Below are positions 13,307 to 26,946 of a DNA stretch of 64,000 bases, piece after piece. Below the pieces are notes generated by a model, which did not search any database, was not told where the DNA came from, and worked only from the letters and a program-made list of their open reading frames with translations. The stretch lies in the NCBI RefSeq assembly GCF_009914755.1, contig NC_060925.1; one strand, 5' to 3'. Origin of the DNA: the human T2T-CHM13v2.0 reference genome, Homo sapiens. Numbering within the stretch: the first letter of the stretch is position 1; every line of letters starts with the position of its first letter. A program made the position numbers and the translations under genes.

Positions 13307-13885
13307 TGTGATAATTAATTTTAGGATTAAGAAAAGTTAAGAAATACTTAGCTGGAAAATCATTATTTCTGGTTGTTTGTGAGGGTGTTTCTGGAGGAGA
13401 TTGGCATGTGAGTTGGTGGACTGAATAGGGAAGACCCATCCTTGATGTGGCTGAGCACCATCCAATTGGCTGAAGGTCCAGATAGAACAAAAAAGACAGA
13501 GGAAGGGCAAATTTGTTCTCACTTTCCTGGAGCTGGGACACCCTTCTTTTGCCCTTGGACATCAGAACTCCAGGTTCTCTGACTTTCAGACTCTAGGACT
13601 TGCACCAGCAGTCCCAGGTCCTCAGACTTCCAGCCTTGGACTGATAAGTTACACCATTGGCGTCCTTGGTTCTGAGGCTTTCAGACTTGAACAGCCACAC
13701 TACTGGCATCCCTGGTTCTCCTGCTTGTAGACGATCTGTCATGGGACTTCTAAGCTCTACAATCATGTAAGCCAATTGCCCTAATAAATCCTCTCTCTCT
13801 CTAATTTCTCTCTCTTTCCCTCCCTTCCTTTCTCCTTCCCTCCCTCCTGTTGGTTCTGTCTCTCTGGAGAAACCTAACTACTACA
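13307..13885 (+). mobile_element. MLT2 (ERVL) solo LTR
   Basis: tgtgataattaatttt ... ctctggagaaacctaactactaca; TSD agtgt/aatgt. Confidence 0.85.
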
Positions 13886-14074
13886 AATGTCTATGTGGGA
13901 TTTTAGATATTTGAGGAGAAACCAGTATTTTCAAATTTTCCACTAAACTAGCAACAAAGACATAGAAGAACACAGTAACTCACCTCACTAAAAACCTCAA
14001 TGTATCCTCAATGATAGAATTTGGGAAGACTTGCCAATAACTAGGTCAGTTGACTAGGTCAAAAAAGAAAAACA

Positions 14075-14393
14075 GGCCAGGCGCGGTGGCTCACGCCTGT
14101 TAACCCAACACTTCCGGAGGCCGAGGTGGGTGGATCACTTGAGGTCAGGCATTTGAGACCAGCCTGGCCAACATGGTGAAACCCCATCTTTACTAAAAAT
14201 ACAAAAATTAGTCAGGCATAGTGGCGGGTGCTTGTAATCCCAGCTACTCGGGAGGCTGAGGCACGAGAATGGCTTGGACCCAGGAGGTGGAGGTTGCAGT
14301 GAGCCGAGATAGTGTCACTGAACTCCAGCCTTGGCAACAGAGAGAGACTCTGTCTCAAAAGAAAGGGGGGCTGGAAAAAAAAACAAAAACAAA
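14075..14393 (+). mobile_element. AluSx-like
   Basis: Full dimeric Alu with interrupted A-tail. Confidence 0.92.
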
Positions 14394-15244
14394 CCTCCAG
14401 GTACCACTTGGGGAAAAAGTAGGCAGATATTTTCTATTTCTCTCTTGTTGTTTTGTGACTTAAAATATATAGGATCTGTAAAATCCTGAAGATCATGTAG
14501 CTAATAACAATTAATCTTGGAAGAAGAAACACTCTGAAAGTAGGTCTTCAGCTGGGTTGAAGAAAAAACACTTTCTTTTCTGTGAGACCTTCTGACAGTT
14601 TGGCCTCATCTTAGAATTCTTTAAAGATTCCTGAGTATTTCTGGTGGCATAGAGCAAGTTAGCCCTGCCATGCAGGCCAAGTGAGAGCCTTGTGACTGTT
14701 GCCTCTTGTAATAATAGCAAGTTATTTTGTGTGATATTTCTCTTATTACTTAAATCTCTGTAAAATCATGATGAAACATACAGCTTTAGTTTCTGTTGTG
14801 CTGTGCAGAATTAAGCAACAGGTGTGTCACACACATGGAAGGGAATAAGAAAGGGGAGAGCAGTGTTATCTTCCCAGGTCCTAAGTGGAGGGAGCAGTGG
14901 TTCTCCCATGTGGAGGGCAGCTGTGATCTCATGAGGATCATGAACACAGAGAAAGCCATGTTGGGGGAAGAGGAGGAACCATAATATGAGAAACCTATTC
15001 CTGGGCCTATGTGAGAAAGCACCTTAGTGAACTTTCAGAAGGAGCAAAGAACTCTGGAGAAGAAATAATTTTCAGCTATAAATCAGGGCTTGAAGCCATG
15101 GCAATTTAGTTATTAAAATAAATCTGACCTAAATTTGTAGTCAAAATCTGGTGAGGACAGGATATTTGTCTTACAACATAAAATGTATTTCTAAAAGTGC
15201 CCAAGGCCAAAACCTTTTGTTCTCTGAAGTATGTAAAAATATTA

Positions 15245-15557
<313 letters not shown>

Positions 15558-15904
15558 TTATTAATCTCTTTAGAAAAATATTCCTTCATAAATAATGCAA
15601 TGGTAAACCAGTTCAAGCCTGAGTGGAAAGATTACAATTTCTAAATTTGTTAAGTCCTATACTAATGAAAACAAAATTAGGGAGAGTGAGCATGTGCACG
15701 TAAAATTCAGCGAGCATAGCCCTGGGAATGTTATCAATTTTGGCGGGTGTTCTTCCTAATGCAGTTTATAACAACATGAGGGAAGTTAAAGCTATAGGAT
15801 GTTTGCATCATCTTCCTATTAATGTCACTTATGTGTATTTATACTTTGTACACATGATAAATAATAAAACAAGCTATTTAGTATTGAGATTGCTGAATAG
15901 GAAG

Positions 15905-16027
15905 CAAAGAGACAGCCTATGTCATTGACTAAGTCACTTAACCTCTCCTGGCCAGTTTTTTTGACTGCAAAAATTAGAGTTGGACAGGGTTGCTTCTAAG
16001 GCCTTTTCCAGCTTTAATATTTTATGG
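15905..16027 (+). mobile_element. MIR3-like fragment
   Basis: aagtcacttaacctctc core and tctaaggccttttccagct tail. Confidence 0.6.
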
Positions 16028-17045
16028 TTAAAATAGAAACTAAGACAAATAAATGTATGTTTTCAGAAAGATCAAAGGCATAAACATACCTCAGATTTAC
16101 ATCTCCTAAGGGGCATCATATACTTCCTTACACATAGCAGGTAGTCAGGAAAATATCTGTTGATTACATTTAAATTTTTTATGTGATTGGTTTCTTAAAT
16201 AAGTAGATGGAATGAGTTATTTCAAAGGCCTTTTCCAAATGTTATCTTCTGCTTAAAATGTAATTTAAGCCACATAAATAGTGTAGTTAGATCAATGAGA
16301 TTTTAAATTCAAGAACAGAAGTCTTATCTTTGATCTATGTATTCCCTTTGAAGCTTCATATTTTCTCCCATAGCAAGTGATCATGGAACTATCTCTGATT
16401 ATAGTTATTATTATGGTTATTTCTTTGCTCAGCTTTTCAAGTAGAATTGAACATTTTTTTAATATGAAAACACTGAACTATTTTCAAAACCCATTATGAA
16501 TTATATAATGTCTCTCCATTTCTTGCTATCTAAATGTACGTTATAAGAACAAGTGAACAATTGGGAACTGGGTACCCAAGTGAGTGAAATATTCTGTTCC
16601 TTAGTTTTCCTTAATGCGACTTTTAATTAGCTTTCCCATGCTTTAGATACTAAATTTATGAAGAATAAAAGTTAAAAGCCAAATGCTAATCTTGTATCAC
16701 TGCTTGTCTTGTATACTACTTGTCCTAGGATTTCTATATTACAACTAGGAAGATATGAATTAAAACCACCAAAGAGACTATAACCATAAATAACTTATGA
16801 CATATGTTCCATTATTAATTGAAAACTCATAGTTAATAAACTTTGGGAAGGAAACTTTCAGGCACATGGCATGGAATATGAAGGTGATGTTCTTTTTATA
16901 AATTTTAAAGGTAGCATATATTATACAAATTACTCAAGAGTTTACAAACAGAAAAAAAGGAGAAAAAATAAAATTCACGCGCACCCTATATTAACATGTA
17001 ATTCGTAGTGAAATGTGTGAAATATAAACACATGACTTTCACTTA

Positions 17046-17392
17046 TTCATTTTCACTTTACGCTTTTTAATTGAAATTAAATTAGTCACTTAACATACAT
17101 AATGCAGTGTTTGTTTTCCAGTCTAGTAGCTTTTCAGCATTCAGTTTTGAGGCTCATGGGAAATGTTACTTAGCATCAAGATGTGGTTTGATGAGTGAAC
17201 AATGTCAGTATCAACTGTACTTAACAGAAGACAGAGGGGCTGGGGTTAATCTGCAGCTAACAACATATAAAAATAAAAACAAACACAGACCCACAATAAC
17301 ATCAACATGCATTATTAGGCAAAGATCCAAAATTAACCCAACCCACACAGATTTCTTCTAAGCTGAGATTACACATGGAAACAGATACTTTA
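17046..17392 (-). other. KIFAP3: KIFAP3 3'UTR (3' boundary approximate)
   Basis: Runs from the tandem stops TGA TAA to ~20 nt past ATTAAA; U/GU-rich sequence follows. Confidence 0.75.
17066..17071 (-). terminator. KIFAP3: Polyadenylation signal ATTAAA of KIFAP3
   Basis: tttaat on plus strand, ~320 nt after the stop; downstream GU-rich gtcatgtgtttatattt. Confidence 0.7.
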
Positions 17393-17557
<165 letters not shown>

Positions 17558-20500
17558 TTAAGAGGCCTACATTTTTATACCACCAAGATTCTCTTCCTAG
17601 CAGGGATAGTGATTTAGGTGGATATCATTAACTTTTTTTTTAAGGTTAATAGAGCCATTAAAAGTGTATATAATAAAATACTTCTAACAATGTGTGTTAA
17701 AAGTATGGGAAACCTCTGTCAGTAGGTACTATTTGAAACAAAGTGGAAGAATCAAATCAGAAAAGTTTTATTTAATAAATTACTTATATATGGCTCTTAA
17801 GCAAAAATATGAAAAGATTTTACATGCTAGCAATGATCAGTAATATATTGCTAGGGAATGATAAAAATAAAACTGTAGTAAAGTGAGTTTTGCTGTTTAT
17901 AATGTCTTTTCATATGAAGATACAGGACTAATTCCACTTTTAGTAAAAACATGTGTTTGAGTTATATCAGTGAACTCTCATGCAGGGCCAAATCATACCA
18001 TAAGCCTATGATTAAAAGAACAAGATAAGGAATTTGACAAAATTTGAAAATTAGTCAGATTTGATCTGCAAATCCTTCCTCTGATTCCTCAATGCAAACA
18101 ATTACAAAACATATCTATTTCTTTTGAGTGACAGCAAGACAATTACAAATTTTGGTTCAACTTATTCTATGGGAATAACAGAAACCCAAAGATAACCTTC
18201 AGAGTTGTAAAGATAGCTTGAAGTATGTTAAACTTCATGATTATTATTTTAAAAAAATTACTTGTTGGTCTATTAATACATTATTTAGAGGAAAATCTGT
18301 TCTCCAAAGTCCTTTTTAAAGGTCAGGGAATTATCCAACACTTAGGAAAATGACAAAGTATTTATTTTGCCAGGCAGAACATGGTGGCCTTAACATGCTC
18401 ATGCATAGCTCATGCAGTGAATGCTAGTGAGCTTGACTTCCAATCAATGGACACCATTTGTAATGCAGAAATGTAAGCTTTGGAAAAATAAAACATATTT
18501 AAATGATTTAAGATTTAAGTTTGCACTACATGAGATGGAAAGATAATTTTCCCTCAATAGCAAAAACTGAATGTGATGAAAAAATATATTCACATAGGCA
18601 CTAACTCCCTGTCACACTCAGAGTGAGATTAAGTTGACACACTTTAGAAGTAACTATTAAAATGTTAAGGTTTTAAATAAATGTGTGAATGTGTGTGTGT
18701 GTTTGTGTGCACGCGTGCTTGTGTGTATTAAGATGGAACTAAAGAGTAAATGTAAAGAGCCAAAATACATATAACACATACTGGTCCAGTGACTCTGCCC
18801 TTTAGGAGAATGGAAGTTCTGAAATACAAGTTTCAGGTTAGCATTTGTACTGAGCGATCCTGGACAAAATTTGTTGTTTTGGGGTCCTTCTATATAAAAA
18901 CTCTGTCTATAGTTTCTCAAAGTTGGTTGAAATTTTTAAGTCTACATTTTATTTTGAAATGGTAAAAATATAGGCACTTTTTCTAACTTTGATCTCATGG
19001 GAAGAGAGACTAAATTTTGTGATGAGGAAATCAAGAGGTAGCTTAAAAGATGCTTCAGAAATTAGTGGAATCAGTGAACTAAGAGACACTGGTATCAGCT
19101 TAAAATTAGAGAAGTTATTGAAAACTGTTCTCTGCAAGCACTAAGGCTAACAAGTAATCATGTATCTAAAGAACTCTCAATTATATAACTGTTGATTACA
19201 TAGCTTGGATTTCAACTTGTTCCTTCTTCATCTTTCGCTTATTACCTGTCTTCAACCAGTCCTTATCTTTTTTAGCAACTCCTCTGAGGCCAAATAGCAG
19301 TAGACTTAGGTTAAACTCAAGTTAATCTTATGCTTGTTTCTCAATCTAGGGGCTATGGCAAGATCTATTTCAGTAATATGAAAACAAGAGGCATATGTGG
19401 GACAGTGAGGAAACATGCAAAGGCACCTTCAGAGTATCTCACAGACGACTTGTTAGCAATATCACTGTAATTCTACCTAAAAGAAGATGGTCCTCAGAAG
19501 GGAGTTCACCAGTCATTGGCACAGAACAAGGAGCGTCTCAGCTACAACGCTGGTTGTAGCAACCTAGGCAATTGCGTGGTGATCTGGTAAGCTATAACAC
19601 CATAAGGAATATCTGGCCTTTTTGCAGTTTGGTCCTCAATCAGGAAGGGAATTTAACATTCTCAGAGTCTGAGGCCATTCTACATTCAAGTTGCAAAATT
19701 CTCCCCCTTTTTTTTTATTTCTACGACTAATAGGCAAACTATTGATCACTGTAATTTCCCATGTAATTTGCCAACAGGTGAAATAATAAACTTAGATATT
19801 ACCTAATCCACCTGATGGTTATAACTTTCATTGTACATTAACAAATGGATTTTTCTTTTTAAAATATGTCATGCACATTGTTGATAAAAACCTGCAGTCC
19901 CAAGTAAGTGAAAGACTGGCCCTTGAGCACTGATGAGTCTGAGTTTCTGAACCTGTAAATCTCTGGTCTTGAACAGTATGGTCTTTAGGTTACTATGGTA
20001 AAGATCTATTTATGTAGTCAGCAGTTCACCCAGAGACATCTGTGTGTATTACAGTGTAGAGGATATCATTTAATTTTTCGAATTTCTATATACAAATATC
20101 GTTTTGGAAAAAAGGAATAAAATTTGAAACCAAACTCTAAAATGATCTTTTCTGGAATTCTCCATTATGTATCACAGATGAACTTGCTGTTTAAAGCAAA
20201 AAATATTTAAAACATTTATGATCAGTTTGGAGAGTACTTTGACATAGGTCCTAGGTCCTTTTGTATTATGAAAAATCAACTATATCTACATACATTTTTA
20301 ATTAAATTCACTGTGAAACATAACAGTTTGTTTCTTTAAACTCTCTCATTTGCTTCTTTCTAATATAGTGGGGGAAATCAGGCTTTCTAGGATGCTAAAA
20401 CCTGGAGACATTCTTTTGGAATATGTAGACACTTTACTTTTTTCCTTGGGAAAAGGATACAGCCTTGCTAATGCTGAGTTTAGTTCAAAACCCGGAGAGT

Positions 20501-21441
20501 TTTCCTTTAAACAGAAGCAGATAGATTCTTCATGTAAGTTCTTGAAAGAGATAGAAACTATGAATATAAAAAGGCAACGTTGCAGGAAAAATTGTGCTTT
20601 CCTGATCTGGAAAGACTTGACTTCAATAGTGTGTATCACAGGAATTTGTATGCCCTCACTAGGGGCCCTGAGAAGCAAGGAAAAGTAAGCTGTGACATGC
20701 CACATCTGCTCTTGCCTTGTGTGGCCATTTTGCTTCAGATAATAGTTTGAATATGTGGCTATTTATAAGTATACTGGAATTCAATCCAATCTTGTAGGGT
20801 GCATGTCTCTGTATGTACATAGTTTCTTCTTGCTACTCCTAACCCACATAAAATGTGGTGTATCCCTCTAGACTAGTATATGCAACTATTATAGTACTTT
20901 TTCTTTATAGGATTACTTATTTAGTGCCATTTCACCTTTTTCCTTCGTATTCAGATAACATATTTTGGACCTTTGAATCACCAAAATAGTGTCTCTTCCT
21001 GAAAATACATAATTCTGGTCCAAAGAAAATGGTTATTGTTTATTGTGAAAAGATAACTAGGAATGATAAGGCCAAAAAGTCAATCTGCCATTAAGTTTTA
21101 TCTCCCAAGAACAATTATTTCTGGGTACCTAGAAAGAAAAATGACAAATTCTTTAAAAGAGAAAAATTATATTTAAAACCCAACAACAAATAGAAAACCA
21201 TATCTAGAGTGTGTTTTTTTAAATAAACAAATTTAGAAATCTAATTAGCATTCAGCAAGCAGAAGACTGAATTTTTGCTAATATTTGCAAGACTTCAAAC
21301 ACATTTGTAATAGCAATCATTAGAATTCTAAACTTGATATGATTCAGAGCAGGAACAAAGAAATCTGGAAATGACAAGTGATGCTTCACATGCAGCACAT
21401 TACAAGGGAATGGCAGCCAGTAAAGAATCTCAGGCACTCAC

Positions 21442-21478
21442 AGGCTCTTATTAAATTTCTGGGCCAGAGTTGACATTC
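21442..21478 (-). other. KIFAP3: Candidate 37-nt alternative cassette exon B: (R)NVNSGPEI**
   Basis: Acceptor ttttcttctctttctacag|G and donor CCT|gtgagt; splice-site pattern only, no transcript evidence available. Confidence 0.45.
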
Positions 21479-21497
21479 CTGTAGAAAGAGAAGAAAA

Positions 21498-21606
21498 CCA
21501 CCTACCTCTGGCTGTTTGTGAGGCTTAATTAGTGCGTATTTGTAAAGCACTTTGAAATCCTTGGATGAAAAGTGCTGCATAAGTGAAAAGTATCATTATT
21601 TTATTA
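21498..21606 (+). mobile_element. Ancient MIR-family (MIR1_Amn-like) SINE 3' part underlying exon A
   Basis: acctacctc...tgtgaggcttaatta...tttgtaaagcactttgaaatccttggatgaaaagtgct...aagtatcattatt resembles the recalled amniote MIR/L2-type tail. Confidence 0.6.
21506..21574 (-). CDS. KIFAP3: Alternative 69-nt cassette exon A, KAP3B-like C-terminus (S)TFHPRISKCFTNTH* (coding part 21529-21574)
   Basis: Acceptor cttttcacttatgcag, donor GAG|gtaggt, phase compatible; predicts 772 aa, the length and HPRISKCF motif I recall for mouse KAP3B. Confidence 0.75.
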
Positions 21607-21814
21607 AAACGAGATAAAAGCAACACAAGCCTTTTTCTTCTTTTAAATTCCTAGGTCAGCAATATCAATGTAGAGCAAGTAATGAATTTATTAATAAATG
21701 GCTACAAAAAGAATAAATGCAGGCCAAATTATTTTTTCAAAGGCTCATGGAAGTCTTTGACTTGGGAACATTTTAAGAAATAATATTGGCTACACTTTTA
21801 TTCACAACATCCTT

Positions 21815-22270
21815 GACAGGGTCTATCCAGCTCTCTTCTGAACACCTCCAGAAGGAAGTGCTCACTACTTTGTCAAGGCAGTTCATTCCATTTGTGGATA
21901 TGTAAAACTGTTGGAAAGTTCTTTATTACACAGCTCTAAAATCCAGTTCAACTAGTCTTAGAATTACCCTCTGAAACCACACAAGGAGTCCAATTCTTCT
22001 TTGATATGACTGCTTCACAACCCTTGTTTATTCAAGCCTCATTACATGGTCTCTAATCTTTACCATCTCAGTTGCTCTCTAAAACCACTTCCATTTTCTA
22101 GTGTTTGTCTTCAAATGAAGAAGCTAAAATTAACGTGATACTTATGATGTGATCTGAAACCAGTACAGAATAAAAGATCCTATATCTGACTTTACACTAT
22201 TGTAGGCTAAAACTGTATTAATCTTAAACAAAAATTTTAAGAAGACATTATCACAAAGTTGCCTAATATT
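21815..22270 (-). mobile_element. L3/CR1 3' fragment
   Basis: tccagctctcttctgaacacctcca...gctcactact...ggcagttcattccat...ggaaagttcttt. Confidence 0.65.
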
Positions 22271-22869
22271 GACTGCTTATAATTGACTGTGTATATATGT
22301 GTATATATATATAACATTGAGTTATATATAGTTATATAATATTGAGTTATAGTTACATGTAACATTAAGTTTTTTCTGTATATATGTACAGTTGTGTGTA
22401 TACACACACACACACATTCAAAATTTTACTTATAACTACCATGCTAAATTTCATCTTTTTAGTCTGAGTCTGTCTTTAGGAATTCTATTCTTCCCAAGAC
22501 AAAATCATTTATGACTACATATTTATAAATAGGCAGCAGTGATTTTTCTTAACAAACCAGTCTTTGTGATCCATCAGGTAATATTGAAGGCTGGAATTCT
22601 TTTGGAATTGTCAAGTGAAAGAATTTAACATGAGCTGTTATAGGAAGAAACTTTCCAGGATATTATAAAACTGTATGAAATTACTTCTTCATAATTTTTT
22701 GGAATAGTTCATTCTTTTTATCAATTTCTCTAATATATTGATTATAGAATCAAAATCAGTATGTTTATCTTTCTAAGTAGATTGTTAATTGATCATCAGG
22801 GTAATTTCAGCTTAAGTATGATTTGTCATGGGAAATTTAGGTCTATTGTAATAGTGACTCTATATACCA

Positions 22870-24108
<1,239 letters not shown>

Positions 24109-24137
24109 ATCTTTTCTCTTTTAAAATAGTTTTTTTA

Positions 24138-24408
24138 GGCCAGATGCTGTTGCTTATGCCTAAAATCCCAGCACTTTGGGAGGCTGAGGTAGGCGGGTTG
24201 CCTGAGCCCAGGAGTTCAAGACATGGCAAAACCTCATTTCTACAAAAATACAGAAAATTATGCAGGCATGGTGGTGCACACCCATGGTCCCAGCTACTCA
24301 TGGGTTTGAAGCAGGAGGATCACTTGAGCCCAGGAGGTTGAGGCTGCAGTGAGCCATGACCGCCACTGCACTCCAGCCTGGGCAACAGAGTGAGTGAGAC
24401 ACTGTCTC

Positions 24409-24453
<45 letters not shown>
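24138..24453 (+). mobile_element. AluJ with an A44 tail
   Basis: Dimeric J-type Alu; A run 24410-24453. Confidence 0.9.
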
Positions 24454-24455
<2 letters not shown>

Positions 24456-26646
24456 AAAGTTATACCTTTACGAGTTGGGGACTGAGACTAAAGGAGAAGA
24501 ATTTGAAAACTGGCTGGAAATTTTAAAGGTTATATTTCATTGGAATGGAGCAAATTTTGCCCCCTTAGTATGGGAATATGCTTCATCAAATAACTGAGAT
24601 GCTGTGGTATTCCATGGAGATGAAATCAGATTGTAGAAGAAGCTTGCCCCTATCTTCTACAGGGCTGAACTGTTCTTGGAAAAGACAATATTTTCTCCTT
24701 GAAATTCTTACAATAAGAAGAGATGTGCAGGTTGAACGAAATAACGAGTATAAAACAATACCTAACACTAGTAAAATGATGTACTACTACATCGAGATCT
24801 AAATGTTTGTCATTTATAGACCAACCACTAGATGGAGAGCTTGTCTTACCACTGAGTATCAGGTACTTCTACAAAATTTCAAAGCAAGGATTATTAAATT
24901 TAAACTTCTCAGCACATTTAACATTCATAGAATGTGGCATCCATTGCTGTCGCAGATAATTAATGTCCAGTTTTATGATTATGAAATAATTTACAGCTAA
25001 ATAGAAATACCTATCAGTTACATGCAAAAAAAGTTTTGTGAATGTTGGGTGCCTAAGAAAATAGATCATAAGAAAAGAGGTTATAAGAAAAGATGCTAAT
25101 TGTCTTGAACACTGAAAAATGTAACATGCATGCATGTTAAAGTGCTATTACTATAACATAGCTTCTAAAATTTTTCATTGAACCAATATTAATGGCATCT
25201 TGTTTCTATAAATCTATATGTAATAAATATATATTTTAAGTTGCTCAAAGGTATTACTCATTTCTTTGGACTTGAACTTTTGTATTGTTGAGAAAATAAA
25301 ATCCAAGAGCATGGTTAAGCAGTCTTCTAATGAGTTTCACCAGCATATATCAAGTTTAGTTGTCATTTCCCATTTAGTTTTATTCTTAATCTTTTATATG
25401 CATAATTATAAATTTTCCTTTTATTACAATAAAACTAAATGGCTACAGCATCTTAAAGAATCTTATTCTTAATGAATTCAAACTAGTATTTTTTTTCAAA
25501 AATCAAGGGCAAATTATATGAGTAGTGGGAGGCTGTATTTAAAATACTCATCTGGAGTTTATTAAAAACATTTTTTGAAGGACATCTGTCAGTTCTAAGG
25601 GTGAAAAACAACACCTTGGGGAAAAATCCTTTCAATTTAGTTACTACACTGAGATACGTCAGATAAAAACTAATTTGTACTAATGATGAAGGGAACGTGT
25701 GTAAAATAGTTGCACTGATTTATTCTAAATGGTAAAGAAATTCCATTTCATTGACTCTCCTCTAATTTCATTCAAGTTATACTTTTCTTATACATCTCAA
25801 TCTGTTGATTAACCTGCCTCCAGAGTAATATTTTAGTGATTATATTTTAATGTGGAGATGTTATACTTGGTACTTTTTGATACTATATCATTGCATTAAG
25901 TTTTCTATTCCTTTTTATTAATTTACTTTTTTATTACATTTTATATAGTCTAATTGAGATTCTTCTATTAACTCTAATTCTTGGGCATCCTAACACTCTT
26001 GCTGTTAGAGCGCTTGTCGTGTACTGTCATGTACTTTACAAAGCTTTAAAACAAGGCTTATCAAATTTAAACTCCATGGCATATTGAACATTGATAAAAT
26101 GGGATTTCCATTACATTCTGATGATTCTCTTTCATGATGGTCCTTTTTATGTTTTCATTGAGATGGCTGTCCTAAAACAATCTAAATGGCAATTTCTTGA
26201 CTAAGGTTCCCTGAATTAAGTATACGGTGTAAATTCTGAACCCACTCATGTGCATGAAACAAGCTTGTGACTTCTCTTTCACATGGGTGACTATCTTCCC
26301 CTACCTAGGGTCTTTGAGCACAGACAGGTTTTGGCCACTTCTCTGGGCTGGTGAATTAACATCATTTAGTCCTCTTTTCAACTGATGAGAAAAAATTGAA
26401 ATTCCAGGCTTTATTTAGAGAATTCAGTTCCATCTTCCTTTACCAAATAACTCGTACCTAGTTCAATATTCCGGTTGGTGTTTTTTTGTCATTGGGGTAT
26501 TCCCTATCTTTCTTATGAACTTAGTCATATAAATTTCTGTTACATTTTTGTCCACCATTTACATATTATCTGCATAGGAGTGGTCCCTTCCAAATTAGCT
26601 CAGTCTATCATCTTGCTGGAAGTCCTTTTCATTTTATTATTACTTC

Positions 26647-26946
<300 letters not shown>

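Noticed and set aside
20346-20705. Opposing 112- and 119-aa ORFs in non-repeat intron
   Set aside because: No recognisable homology and no convincing splice or promoter context; consistent with chance
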